From assembly GCA_903907935.1 (NCBI GenBank), contig CAIVQA010000053.1, positions 176 through 64,175 of the forward strand: a stretch of DNA of 64,000 nucleotides, read 5' to 3'. Source of the DNA: an uncultured Francisellaceae bacterium. Lineage in GTDB: Bacteria > Pseudomonadota > Gammaproteobacteria > UBA6186 > Azoamicaceae. Under the pieces are notes generated by a model, which worked only from the letters and a program-made list of their open reading frames with translations, had not been told where the DNA came from and ran no database searches. Below, piece by piece: positions 9,796 through 19,431 of the stretch. The first letter of the stretch is position 1, and the number at the start of each line of letters is the position of its first letter. A program made the position numbers and the translations under genes.

Positions 9796-12700
9796 AAATC
9801 ACCGGTTTTTTTATTAAACATCCAGTAATCAGCATCATACTAAATAGTATGATTATGATCGTTGGTTTATTGTGTTTAAAACAAATTGATTTACGCGAAT
9901 ATCCAAAAGTAGAATCTCCTGTCTTAACAGTAACAGCCTCTTATCCAAATGCCAGCAGCGAATTAGTAGAATCTGCTGTTACTAATCCATTAGAAGATCA
10001 ACTAGCTGGAATCGAAGGATTAGACAATATGACGTCTGAATCTAACAATAGCAATTGTAATATAACTTTAAATTTTAGAGAAAACATTTCTATAGATCGA
10101 GCATTATCTGCAACCAGAGATGCCATAGAATTAGCTAGATCTTTTTTACCAAAAGAAGTACTAGCTCCTATTGTACAACGTACCAGTAAATTTAATGGTT
10201 TACCATTTATGGCAATAGCAATTACTGCCTCAAATTTAAATTTTAGCGAAATTACTCACTATGCTAATTTATATTTAAAAAATGCTTTTCGTAGTTTGCC
10301 TGGTGTTGCTATGGCCGAAACTTGGGGCCCTCCTTTTACCATGAAAATACTGTTAGATCCTAAAAAAATGTTTGCTTTGGGAATTAATGCAGACGAAGTT
10401 TATAACGCCTTAGAACAAAGAAATAAATCTTTACCTGTCGGCAAATTTAAAAATACCATACCGGCAACTTTAGATTTAAATTTATCCAAAGTTAGTGATT
10501 TTGAAAATCTTTTTATTAAAAACAATAATAATGGTAACCCTATATTTTTAAAATCTATAGCTGATCTACAATTAACTGCCGAAGATGAACAATCAACTCG
10601 CGTACATATTAATGGACAACCAGGAATAGTAATAGCTATCTCTAAAACCGAAGATGCTAACCCACTAAAAGTATCTAAAGAAGTTCGAGAACAAATAAAT
10701 ACTTTAAAACACAATTCTGGGATCCCTCTTAATATCGAATTATTTTTAGATCAATCTGATTTTATTACGGCTTCCTTAAAAAACATCAAATCTTCTATTA
10801 CCGAGGCAATTTGGTTGGTGTTGCTTGTAGTATTTTTATTTTTACGTGATGCCCGAGCAACCATAATTCCATTAATTACTATCCCAATATCTTTGTTAGG
10901 ATCATTAATTCTATTAAATATCTTTGGTTTTTCTATAAATACTATAACTTTATTAGCTATGGTATTAGCAATAGGATTAGTAGTGGATGACGCTATAGTA
11001 GTATTAGAAAATATTAAAAGACATATTGAAAATGGAGTAAATCCATTAGAGGCTGCCATCCTTGGCAGCCGTGAAATCGGCTTTGCTATTGTTGCCATGA
11101 CATTTACCCTAGGAGCCGTATATGCCCCAATTGTTTTTATAAAAGGCTCTATTGGTACATTATTCACTGAGTTTGCTGTAGCTTTAGCTGGTAGCATTAT
11201 AATCTCTGGTATAGTAGCTTTAACTTTATCGCCACTAATGTGTAGTAAAATTTTAACTTTAGAACATAAAAATTTTTTACCAAACCTAGATGTATTATGG
11301 AAGAAATTAGAAATTTTATATGCTAATACTCTAGATCAAGTTTTTAGCTACACTAAACATACTATAGTTATAGCTGCTTCTTTATTATTAATAACTATTT
11401 TTTTGTGTACAACTATAACTAGAGAAATAGCCCCTAAAGAAGATCGTGGATTAATGGGCGCTTATACTCCACTAGTATCTGGTCAAGATCTAAATGCTCT
11501 AGAGACAAAAGCAACCTTAATAGAAAATTTTCTACAAAACAACAATATCACTGAAGCTAAAAATTACCTAACCTTTATTGGTAATTGGGGAACATCTGTA
11601 GTATTACCTCTTAAAAATCACGAAGATCGTAAACGTTCTCCTAATAAAATATTAGCTAGCTTAGACGAGAAACTTAAATCTTTACCTTCTGTTGATGTTT
11701 ATGGATGGAGCATAGATTCAGGGTTGCCTGGAATAGAAGCTTCTATCGACAGCTCTTCTTTAAAATTAGCAATATCTACCATCGATGATTACCAATCTCT
11801 ATTTAATGCCATTAATTTACTACGTAAAACTACCGATGAAAAAAATCTATTTAGTAGCGTATATCATGATTTGGATCTGGATTCTCCTGGGTATAAAATA
11901 ACAACTGATCAAAACACCATGGCTAGGTTATCTATTACCCCATTACAGGTTGCCAAAATGATAGAAGTGTTTTTTAGTGGACAACATTCTTTATCCTTTG
12001 AAAAAGATCACCTTAGATATCCAATTACTATTAAAGGAAAAAGTGATCCTTGGACATTAAATGAATTATATATAAATAATCCTAATGGTAATCGTATTTC
12101 TTTAGGAACTTTTGCTAGTATACACCAATATGCTACCCCTCAACATCTTAATCATTACAATCAAATGCGCACAGCTACCTTAATTGCTAAATTAAAACCA
12201 AAACAAAGCATCAGTTCTGCCATGAAAGATTTATCCGCTATAGCAAATAATACTTTACCAAAAAATGTACAATTAGCTTGGCAGGGCTTTGCTAAAGCTT
12301 ACCAACAATCTTCTAATACTATGCTGTTATTGTTTGGTATGGCATTAATTTTTATATATGCAATTTTAGCTATGCAATTTGAAAATTTTCTGGATCCATT
12401 AATTATTATGTTAACTGTGCCATTAGCGAGTTTTGGGGCAGTGTTTACTGTTTGGCTTTGTGGGCAATCTATTAATATTTATACTCAAATTGGGTTAATA
12501 ACTTTAATAGGATTAATCACTAAACATGGTATTTTAATCGTTGAATTCGCTAATAAACTATTATTAACTGAACCACTAGAAACTGCCGTTAAAAAAGCTT
12601 CCTTAATTCGGCTACGGCCTATCTTAATGACCACAAGCGCTATGTTATTGGGTGCTTTGCCATTAGTTATTTCTGGTGGAGCAGGTTCTGAAGCAAGACA

Positions 12701-12818
12701 TGCTATTGGTATAGTTTTAATTGGTGGCTTAGTATTTGGAACTACTTTTACTTTATTTATATTGCCGCAATTTTATTATTTATTTAAAAAATATGGAACG
12801 CACACCCCATTTATTTAA
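9792..12818 (+). CDS. RND efflux permease (AcrB/AcrD/AcrF family)
   Basis: 1008-aa ORF with a 12-TMS architecture and two large periplasmic loops. Contains GLVVDDAIVVLENI and LITKHGILIVEFAN motifs. Confidence 0.93.
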   Translation: MKITGFFIKHPVISIILNSMIMIVGLLCLKQIDLREYPKVESPVLTVTASYPNASSELVESAVTNPLEDQLAGIEGLDNMTSESNNSNCNITLNFRENISIDRALSATRDAIELARSFLPKEVLAPIVQRTSKFNGLPFMAIAITASNLNFSEITHYANLYLKNAFRSLPGVAMAETWGPPFTMKILLDPKKMFALGINADEVYNALEQRNKSLPVGKFKNTIPATLDLNLSKVSDFENLFIKNNNNGNPIFLKSIADLQLTAEDEQSTRVHINGQPGIVIAISKTEDANPLKVSKEVREQINTLKHNSGIPLNIELFLDQSDFITASLKNIKSSITEAIWLVLLVVFLFLRDARATIIPLITIPISLLGSLILLNIFGFSINTITLLAMVLAIGLVVDDAIVVLENIKRHIENGVNPLEAAILGSREIGFAIVAMTFTLGAVYAPIVFIKGSIGTLFTEFAVALAGSIIISGIVALTLSPLMCSKILTLEHKNFLPNLDVLWKKLEILYANTLDQVFSYTKHTIVIAASLLLITIFLCTTITREIAPKEDRGLMGAYTPLVSGQDLNALETKATLIENFLQNNNITEAKNYLTFIGNWGTSVVLPLKNHEDRKRSPNKILASLDEKLKSLPSVDVYGWSIDSGLPGIEASIDSSSLKLAISTIDDYQSLFNAINLLRKTTDEKNLFSSVYHDLDLDSPGYKITTDQNTMARLSITPLQVAKMIEVFFSGQHSLSFEKDHLRYPITIKGKSDPWTLNELYINNPNGNRISLGTFASIHQYATPQHLNHYNQMRTATLIAKLKPKQSISSAMKDLSAIANNTLPKNVQLAWQGFAKAYQQSSNTMLLLFGMALIFIYAILAMQFENFLDPLIIMLTVPLASFGAVFTVWLCGQSINIYTQIGLITLIGLITKHGILIVEFANKLLLTEPLETAVKKASLIRLRPILMTTSAMLLGALPLVISGGAGSEARHAIGIVLIGGLVFGTTFTLFILPQFYYLFKKYGTHTPFI

Positions 12819-12823
12819 CATTT

Positions 12824-14290
12824 ATGAGCGAATTATCACAAATTATAATAGTTTTTATTGTTTATATTATAGTTATTTTAACAATAGCTATTGTTGGTAA
12901 ATATGCAACTAAAAATTTATCCGATTATATTTTGGCTGGTAGAAGATTAAGCGGTCCAATTGCTGCATTAGGAGCTGGCGCATCAGATATGAGCAGTTGG
13001 TTAACTATGGCATTGCCTGGATTAATTTATATTAATGGTCTTAATAAAATTTGGATGCCGGTTGGATTATTAATTGGAGCTTGGTGTAATTGGATATTTA
13101 TTTCTAAAAGATTGAGAGTTTATACAGAAATTGCCAATAACTCTTTAACTTTACCGTCTTACCTACACAATCGATTTCAAGATCACAAAAGAATTTTACG
13201 CTTAGTAACTAGTCTTGCTAGTATAGTATTTTTTACCTGTTATGCAGCAGCTGGATTTATTTCTGGAGCGGTATTATTTCAAATGATTTTTGGTTTAGAG
13301 TACTTACCAGCACTGTTACTTAGTTCATTAATTATAATTTCATATACTACTATCGGTGGCTTTTTAGCAGTAAATTGGATAGATTTTTTTCAAGGTAGTT
13401 TAATGTTTGTAGCATTATTAATTGTTCCGATAGTAACAGTAAATAATTTAGGTGGTTTTGGATCTGCAATCACAATAATTAATAACATTAACCAAAATTA
13501 TTTAAATATTAATGATGTAACAACTTTAGGCTTAATTTCGTCGTTTGCCTGGGGCTTTGGATATTTTGGTCAACCACAAATTAATGTTAGATTTATGGCA
13601 ATTAGATCCACTGGGGAGTTAAGAACTGCTAGGCGTATATGTGTTAGTTGGACATTATTATCTTTGCTTGGTGCAATAGCCACCGGTTTTTTTGGCATAG
13701 CTTTTTACGGCCAAAATAATTTACAGTCTCCACCAACTGTATTGCTTGCCTTATCTAGAGCATTATTTAATCCATGGGTAACTGGTATTCTGTGGGCATC
13801 AGTATTAGCTTCTATTATGAATTCTGTATCAGCATACATTTTAACTACTGCAAGCATTGTAGTTGAAGATTTTGTCCATATTATCGGGAAAAAAACGGTT
13901 AGCGATCGACAATATCTATTTATCGGGAAAATTATTATGGTAGTTGTTTCTTTAATTGCAGTATTATTAGCCTTAGATCAAAACAAAACTATTTTAGATT
14001 CTGTGGCTTTTGCATGGTCTGGTTTAGGTGCAGCATTTGGTCCTACAATAATATGCAGCTTATATTGGCGTAGAATGACGAATATTGCTGCTATTTCGGG
14101 AATTATAGTTGGCATGGTAGCAGTTATTATTGGGCAACAACTATTAAATCATCCAGATCTAACTTCTGGATTCGTAATTTTACCAGGGTTTTTATTAAGT
14201 ACTATAACCATTATAGTAGTTAGTTTATTTAATAAAGCTCCATCTAAAGAAGTATTGGCTCAATTTGATAAAATGATCACTAAACTGTAA
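12824..14290 (+). CDS. putP: sodium/proline symporter (SSS family)
   Basis: 488-aa ORF. ILAGRRLSGPIAALGAGASDMSSWLTMALPG matches the PutP N-terminal signature, and the protein is polytopic. Confidence 0.85.
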   Translation: MSELSQIIIVFIVYIIVILTIAIVGKYATKNLSDYILAGRRLSGPIAALGAGASDMSSWLTMALPGLIYINGLNKIWMPVGLLIGAWCNWIFISKRLRVYTEIANNSLTLPSYLHNRFQDHKRILRLVTSLASIVFFTCYAAAGFISGAVLFQMIFGLEYLPALLLSSLIIISYTTIGGFLAVNWIDFFQGSLMFVALLIVPIVTVNNLGGFGSAITIINNINQNYLNINDVTTLGLISSFAWGFGYFGQPQINVRFMAIRSTGELRTARRICVSWTLLSLLGAIATGFFGIAFYGQNNLQSPPTVLLALSRALFNPWVTGILWASVLASIMNSVSAYILTTASIVVEDFVHIIGKKTVSDRQYLFIGKIIMVVVSLIAVLLALDQNKTILDSVAFAWSGLGAAFGPTIICSLYWRRMTNIAAISGIIVGMVAVIIGQQLLNHPDLTSGFVILPGFLLSTITIIVVSLFNKAPSKEVLAQFDKMITKL

Positions 14291-14349
14291 AAATTTATAT
14301 AAATTAAAGTAAATTGTACAACAAATACCTTGTAACCTAATCTAAATTT

Positions 14350-15960
14350 ATGGGTGGAGAACAAGGAGGAGGATTGTTAGATCAGTTTAATAAGCCATTT
14401 GATGAGCTGGCTAATCAAGATAAAATTAATAAAGATTTTGTCTTAAAACAACTTTCAGAGTATTTAGAGTTTTTAAATCAAGTTGAATACTTATTACAAA
14501 AATTTTTAGAAAAACAACAAACTGAAGAACTAACTACAGAAAAACCACAAACTGAAGAACTAACTGCAGATATTAAGATATTACTAAATTTTTATAAAGA
14601 AACAATTAATACTCCAATAACCCTTAATGCTTCTATAAATTCTACTGATTTTAATTCGGCAATTAAAAGTACCATTCAACAACTACAAGATATTGTTACA
14701 CCTTCTTCAACTAGTAATTCTGAAACCACACAACAAAAAGTTAAGAGTACTATTGCTAGTGTCAAAAAAAGTCAAACGGAAGCTGAAAAATTACAACTTA
14801 TGATTAGGCAAGCTGGACACAGGCTAGGGTTAGCAGATGAGGATTATACTGACAAAAGTATATTTTCTAAAACACACAGTTATGCAAAAGAAAGAAGTTT
14901 TGATCGAGATTCTTTGCAATGGATTAAAGAATCTACCAAAAATTATGTAGATACACCAGGTAATAATGCCACGGAAACAGCACATGATTTTATGAATGTT
15001 ATCGATCAAGCAGCGAAACGACTAGATAAACCACCAACTATACAAGCATCTCAAATAGCTGATCAAATTATAGCTGGCAAACCAGTTATGATACCTTCCG
15101 GATGGAGTATAATTGATGGTAGTGGCCAAAATAACGGTACTCACAGTATCTCTATAGCTATTTGTCCATCCCCAGACGGTACAATAAAAGTAATTTATTC
15201 CAATAGAGGTGATAGGAGATCTGGAGATGATGCGAGTAATTTAAGAATATATGAATTTGACAAACAATTATTAGAAAATAAGGGTGAACTTACTAAACAA
15301 ATTCAAAATTTATTATTTTTAAGCGGCCGTCATGATCAGCATCCCCAAGCAACTGTAGATAAGGCTTTGAGTAAAATTGTTGTACCTGGTTCTCAAAGAG
15401 AAGCTAAATATAATCCTAGTGATCAGAAACAAAATACCTGCGGGCATGCCAATAAAAAACCAATATATTTTGGGATGTTAGAAGCTGCCAATCCAAATGC
15501 TACTCGTGAAGAATTATTAAAAGAATACAAAAAATTTACTACCAATTTACGTAGAGCAGAAATTGCTACTCTTGCTAAAGACTGTGACAATACAAATCTA
15601 GAAAAGCAACAAATAGCAAAAGAACTTTTAACTGCTGCCATAATAAAGTTTGCTAATAAATTAAAAGATCCTAATAATTTATTGGGAGATCCAAAACATA
15701 TAAGATCTGTAGCTTTATTGGTAGAATTAAAAGAATTATTAAAAGATAAAGGTAATATATATCAAGATATTTGTGGTAATTTACCCGAACATGTACAAAA
15801 AGTTATGAAGCAAATAGATTCTCAAGATTTTAAAAAAACTTTAGGCCCTTCACCACCTACTGGAGGAACAGGAACATATGATCAAATTATGGATCAGTAT
15901 TTTACTAAACTTTCTAAGAGTACTTTAGAAGAAAAACCTCAGCAGCCATCAAGCACTTAA
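14350..15960 (+). CDS. hypothetical protein, candidate secreted effector (possible CE-clan-like cysteine protease fold)
   Basis: 536-aa ORF with no housekeeping match. It has the N-terminus MGGEQGG and a QTEELT 10-aa duplication. The ordered motifs are GTH(265)SISIAI, IKVIYSN(285)RGD and SDQKQNTC(364)GHAN. Confidence 0.6.
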   Translation: MGGEQGGGLLDQFNKPFDELANQDKINKDFVLKQLSEYLEFLNQVEYLLQKFLEKQQTEELTTEKPQTEELTADIKILLNFYKETINTPITLNASINSTDFNSAIKSTIQQLQDIVTPSSTSNSETTQQKVKSTIASVKKSQTEAEKLQLMIRQAGHRLGLADEDYTDKSIFSKTHSYAKERSFDRDSLQWIKESTKNYVDTPGNNATETAHDFMNVIDQAAKRLDKPPTIQASQIADQIIAGKPVMIPSGWSIIDGSGQNNGTHSISIAICPSPDGTIKVIYSNRGDRRSGDDASNLRIYEFDKQLLENKGELTKQIQNLLFLSGRHDQHPQATVDKALSKIVVPGSQREAKYNPSDQKQNTCGHANKKPIYFGMLEAANPNATREELLKEYKKFTTNLRRAEIATLAKDCDNTNLEKQQIAKELLTAAIIKFANKLKDPNNLLGDPKHIRSVALLVELKELLKDKGNIYQDICGNLPEHVQKVMKQIDSQDFKKTLGPSPPTGGTGTYDQIMDQYFTKLSKSTLEEKPQQPSST

Positions 15961-16658
15961 ATAGCGCTTAAATCCCAATCTATAGGAGTTTTACCTAGCT
16001 GCTGCAACAATTCATTGGTTTTAGAAAAATGCCTACAACCAAAAAATCCTCTTCTAACGGAAAATGGAGACGGATGAGCAGCTTGAAGCACAAAATGTTT
16101 ATTATGATCTATAGATTGACATTTTTGTTGAGCATAAGAACCCCACAATAAAAAAATTATTCTATTAGGCTGTATATTTAAAATTTTGATCGCTTGATCA
16201 GTAAATAACTCCCACCCTCTATTCCGATGAGAACCAGGCATACCATGCTCTACAGTTAATACACTATTTAATAGTAATACTCCTTGTTTAGCCCACTTTA
16301 TTAAACAACCATGCTTTGCTGGTGTAATATTTAAATCGTCCTGTAATTCTTTATAAATATTTAACAAAGATGGTGGTGGCACAACTTTAGGTAGCACGGA
16401 AAAACATAATCCATGAGCTTGATTGGGACCATGATATGGATCTTGCCCTACAATAACCACTTTTACCTGATTAATAGGTGTTAACAAAAAAGCATTAAAG
16501 ATCTCTGAGCCTTTAGGATAAATAATTTTGTTTAATTGTTTTTCTTCTGTTAAAAACTTTTTTAACTTAACCATATATGGTTGAGAAAATTCTGACAATA
16601 ATAATTCTTTCCAACTTTCTTCTAATAAAACACTCATGTAAGCTAATTTACTAGTCAT
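15957..16658 (-). CDS. ung: uracil-DNA glycosylase
   Basis: GQDPYHGPNQAHGLCFSV, LLLNSVLTVE and HPSPFS motifs. The track ORF extends to a TTG at 16673; the true start is more likely ATG 16658 or 16637 (ambiguous). Confidence 0.93.
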   Translation of the reverse strand: MTSKLAYMSVLLEESWKELLLSEFSQPYMVKLKKFLTEEKQLNKIIYPKGSEIFNAFLLTPINQVKVVIVGQDPYHGPNQAHGLCFSVLPKVVPPPSLLNIYKELQDDLNITPAKHGCLIKWAKQGVLLLNSVLTVEHGMPGSHRNRGWELFTDQAIKILNIQPNRIIFLLWGSYAQQKCQSIDHNKHFVLQAAHPSPFSVRRGFFGCRHFSKTNELLQQLGKTPIDWDLSAI

Positions 16659-16733
16659 AAATGCTGTTGTCAAAGGCTAATTATACTAAACTTCTTGACT
16701 TAATAATTATTTATATCTATACAATGCTGATAA

Positions 16734-16880
16734 TATACTAATCGCACATGAGTTTTCGGTGCTATAAAAAACAAGGAGTGTTGTTTGAGCCTCCTTGGCC
16801 TCTAGTTGCTCTTTGCTTTGCGAAAGGCGAGTTTCACGACTTGTTTTTAGAGCACCGAAAACTCATGTGCGATCAGTATA
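16734..16880 (+). repeat. family-A palindromic intergenic element, short form (copy A1)
   Basis: Left arm: TATACTAATCGCACATGAGTTTTCGGTGCTATAAAAAACAAG. Core: GAGTGTTGTTTGAGCC...GCGAAAGGCGAGTTTCACGA. Right arm: CTTGTTTTTAGAGCACCGAAAACTCATGTGCGATCAGTATA. The 40-45-nt inverted termini were read directly. Confidence 0.9.
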
Positions 16881-16909
16881 TAATTAGCATGCTTTAGGAG
16901 GGAGATAAA

Positions 16910-17113
16910 ATGAATTCTAAATCTGGTATTAAATTATTGCTAATAGTTACTCCTTCTCTCATTTTTGCATATCGTCGTTACAAAGCCATAAACCAGAAAG
17001 AAAAAATCATACCAACTCCAGTTGAAGTTATTGAATTTCCTGAAACTGATAGCGATGTTAGTAGTACGGAGTATGTTGGTAATAACACAACACAAACAAA
17101 ACTATCAATTTAA
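16910..17113 (+). CDS. small hypothetical membrane protein
   Basis: 67-aa ORF preceded by a strong SD (AGGAGGGAG, 5 nt spacer). One hydrophobic segment (IKLLLIVTPSLIFAY). Confidence 0.45.
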   Translation: MNSKSGIKLLLIVTPSLIFAYRRYKAINQKEKIIPTPVEVIEFPETDSDVSSTEYVGNNTTQTKLSI

Positions 17114-17120
17114 ATCAAAC

Positions 17121-17321
17121 TAAGGAACGTGTACTCCATAAGCTGTAACATTTATGGTAAATTGACCAGGTAGTTGAATTAGAAATAACGTGAAAAGTTA
17201 ACCTGGTCAATTTCAAAAAATGTCAGGATAGACATTTTTGTCGCACCTCAGCGCGCCCGTAGGGCGAGCGCCAGGATGGCGCGAGACAAAATGTGAAAGC
17301 TTATGGAGTGCACGTTCCTAA
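17121..17321 (+). repeat. family-B palindromic element carrying a nested module C (copy B1)
   Basis: Termini are AAGGAACGTGTACTCCATAAGCT and AGCTTATGGAGTGCACGTTCCT. The inner hairpin is GGTAAATTGACCAGG...CCTGGTCAATTTC. The right arm is interrupted by the GC-rich module at 17215..17287. Confidence 0.85.
17215..17287 (+). repeat. module C (GC-rich nested insert), copy C1 inside B1
   Basis: Sequence AAAAAATGTCAGGATAGACATTTTTGTCGCACC..GGGCGAGCGCCAGGATGGCGCGAGAC. Shares the AAAAATGTC/GACATTTTT and GCGCC-AGGA-TGGCGC hairpins with copies C2-C4. Confidence 0.8.
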
Positions 17322-17725
17322 TTAATTTGATTTTTATTGATCAACTTCATGTTAAGTAAGAGATCTTCTAATTCTATACGATTAGCAAATTGTTCTAATA
17401 GTACCACTATATCTTTAGCAGAAATATTTTTAAATTTATTATATTTAGAATTAAACCTTATAATACTATCTGTAGAATAATTTATTTGTTCAAGTATGTT
17501 TTTTACTGAAACAAAATTTTCTGCATTTTGTTCTAAACACGTAGCAAAAATTCTTAAATGACCAGCACAAGTATAATCTATTAGCAACTGAAAAAAATTA
17601 GATAAGGATATAGAATTATTATTAGCATTAGGCAAAAGTCCTGCTAGACTATTTAATATTACTAGTATTTCTTGGCGCTGTCGCAACCAAGGGTTAACTA
17701 ATTTTTCTACGACATCCGTGTCCAT
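17318..17725 (-). CDS. rsd: Rsd/AlgQ-family regulator of sigma-70
   Basis: 135-aa ORF. LVNPWLRQRQEILVILNSLAG, FFQLLIDYTCAGHLRIFA and RIELEDLLL align with E. coli Rsd (LVDRWLHVRKHLLVAYYNLVG, LVDYLSAGHFSIYE, RFVLEDKLI). The stop codon lies in the B1 terminus. Confidence 0.65.
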   Translation of the reverse strand: MDTDVVEKLVNPWLRQRQEILVILNSLAGLLPNANNNSISLSNFFQLLIDYTCAGHLRIFATCLEQNAENFVSVKNILEQINYSTDSIIRFNSKYNKFKNISAKDIVVLLEQFANRIELEDLLLNMKLINKNQIN

Positions 17726-17959
17726 ATTTATACTGTAGTTTACAATCCAACGAATAACGTGTAGCTAAACTATTTTTTATTTTGTGAGACATTTCTGCAT
17801 TATGTGTAAGCAAATAGCCCGAATTATATAACTCTTTGTTTTTTATGATTATTTTTAGTAAACCTTTTAAGCTCTATAAGTTGTTTTTTAATAAAATACT
17901 GATATCCTAAAGATACTTAGTTAAAGGGTAATGGGAAGTTGTGTGCTAAGGATGGCAAT

Positions 17960-19063
17960 TTATACCCTTTTAACCAACAGTAAAGCTTTAAATACTTCCC
18001 CCATTTCATTTGGAGAAATCAAAGTATTTATTTCTTTGTTTAACTTAGTTTGTTCTACACTGTTACTCTCAGCAAAAAGTTTAAAAAATTCTCGTTGTAA
18101 TCCATTCTGCATCAAAAAATTTGCAATAGAAGAAAAAGCTTCGACACGCAAATTATTTTTAATAGCATGATCTATCACTAAAGAAAAATTAACATTAGCT
18201 GTAATATCTTGCAACCCAGGGAAAAAAAATGGATCGGTATGAACATGATGTCTATAGTAACACCTTAAAGTACCTAAATTTCTTTGTAACTGCTCACTCG
18301 ATCGTTCTAAAAACCCATAATCAAATAGTAAAATTACGCCTTGTTGTAAACATTCAGATAACGATTTGATCAATCCTGGCAGCAATAAGCATATTTCTGA
18401 ATTGTATGGGCACCCAAGATCTACCTGCATTATTTGGTTAATTATTTGTTCACTTGCAACAACTTCTTTAAAGATAAATCTATTATTTTCAAAAAAAACC
18501 ATTTTTTCAAAAATTTGATTATTTTCAAACTTAAATAAATGAACAGGTAAAGCATCTAATACTTCATTAGCTAAAATAATTCCATTAAAATTTTCAGGCA
18601 AAGCATCTAACCAAAAAATTCTGTTTTTAAATGTACTGTTAAGCTTAGTTAATAAAAATTTTTTTTGTCTATCCTGTAATTCAGCACTAGGTTCCAAAAT
18701 AAAATAATTATTAAATTTTGGTTCTTCAAGAAGACGGTTTATTAATTGATAAGCTAATTGTCCGTCTCCAGCCCCTAATTCTAATATATTACTTTTATTA
18801 TTTTTTATAGTTTGCAAAATAGTTGAACATTGATTAGCGACCGTTGCTGCAAATAATTGTCCCATCATCGGAGCAGTAATAAAATCACCATTTTTTCCGA
18901 ATTTTTCACACCCAGCATTATAGTAACCTAAATTAGGGGCATAGAGAGCCGCTTGCATAAAATCAGCAAATGAAATACTGCCGCCTGCTTGTTGGATTTT
19001 TTCTTTGATGAATTCAGTTACCTTAATACTATGATTTTTAGCTGTCTGTGTAGGTTCTTGCAA
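17960..19063 (-). CDS. SAM-dependent methyltransferase, MidA/NDUFAF7 family (COG1565)
   Basis: 367-aa ORF: FADFMQAALYAPNLGYY, GDFITAP, ILELGAGDGQLA. The TTG start is preceded by GGAG. Confidence 0.8.
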   Translation of the reverse strand: MQEPTQTAKNHSIKVTEFIKEKIQQAGGSISFADFMQAALYAPNLGYYNAGCEKFGKNGDFITAPMMGQLFAATVANQCSTILQTIKNNKSNILELGAGDGQLAYQLINRLLEEPKFNNYFILEPSAELQDRQKKFLLTKLNSTFKNRIFWLDALPENFNGIILANEVLDALPVHLFKFENNQIFEKMVFFENNRFIFKEVVASEQIINQIMQVDLGCPYNSEICLLLPGLIKSLSECLQQGVILLFDYGFLERSSEQLQRNLGTLRCYYRHHVHTDPFFFPGLQDITANVNFSLVIDHAIKNNLRVEAFSSIANFLMQNGLQREFFKLFAESNSVEQTKLNKEINTLISPNEMGEVFKALLLVKRV

Positions 19064-19430
19064 TTTTTACTCCAACTTCTTTAGCATTAGTTAAAACAAA
19101 CAATTTTTTAGCGCTAACTTCCAATTTTATTATATTTTTGGGGTATTTAGAGATCACTAATTGTTCTATAGCAGCTACTAAAGATTCTAATAAATTAAAG
19201 CTATTATTATGGCAAAAATCCATAATATGATTAATTATTAGCTGGTAATCGACTGTTAAAGCTATATCATCCTGTTTTACAGCCTTAGAAAAATCTGTAC
19301 TAATAGCCAAACTTAAAACTACTGGTTGCTTTATTTTTCTTTCCCAATCATTAACTCCTATGGTAGTATTTATAACTAAATCATTAATAAAAACTAAATC
19401 TTCGTAACTATTTTGGTTTAAATGTAGCAT
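19038..19430 (-). CDS. folB: dihydroneopterin aldolase
   Basis: DLVFINDLVINTTIGVNDWERKIKQPVVLSL aligns with E. coli FolB DIVFIEQLSVITTIGVYDWEQTIEQKLVFDI. I chose ATG 19430 rather than the track's TTG 19565. Confidence 0.85.
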   Translation of the reverse strand: MLHLNQNSYEDLVFINDLVINTTIGVNDWERKIKQPVVLSLAISTDFSKAVKQDDIALTVDYQLIINHIMDFCHNNSFNLLESLVAAIEQLVISKYPKNIIKLEVSAKKLFVLTNAKEVGVKIARTYTDS

Positions 19431-19431
19431 A

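Noticed and set aside
10400-11197. Antisense ORFs inside the RND permease gene (104 and 148 aa)
   Set aside because: They are shadow ORFs opposite a confidently assigned long gene. The same reasoning applies to these spans: 352..534, 3946..4128, 8240..8506, 9220..9417, 15423..15641, 17931..18170, 19710..20012, 20019..20345, 20287..20574, 28953..29264 and 31493..31690. It also applies to 34068..34271, 37643..37849, 40371..40835, 44229..44414, 48664..48894, 49547..49765, 51292..51684, 52865..53272, 57408..57593, 57938..58207, 59114..59299, 62019..62369 and 62723..62914.
14518-14575. 30-bp direct repeat (CAAACTGAAGAACTAACT.CAGA) in the 536-aa ORF
   Set aside because: It is an in-frame duplication encoding QTEELT(T/A) twice. 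It is a minor coding repeat with no independent feature.
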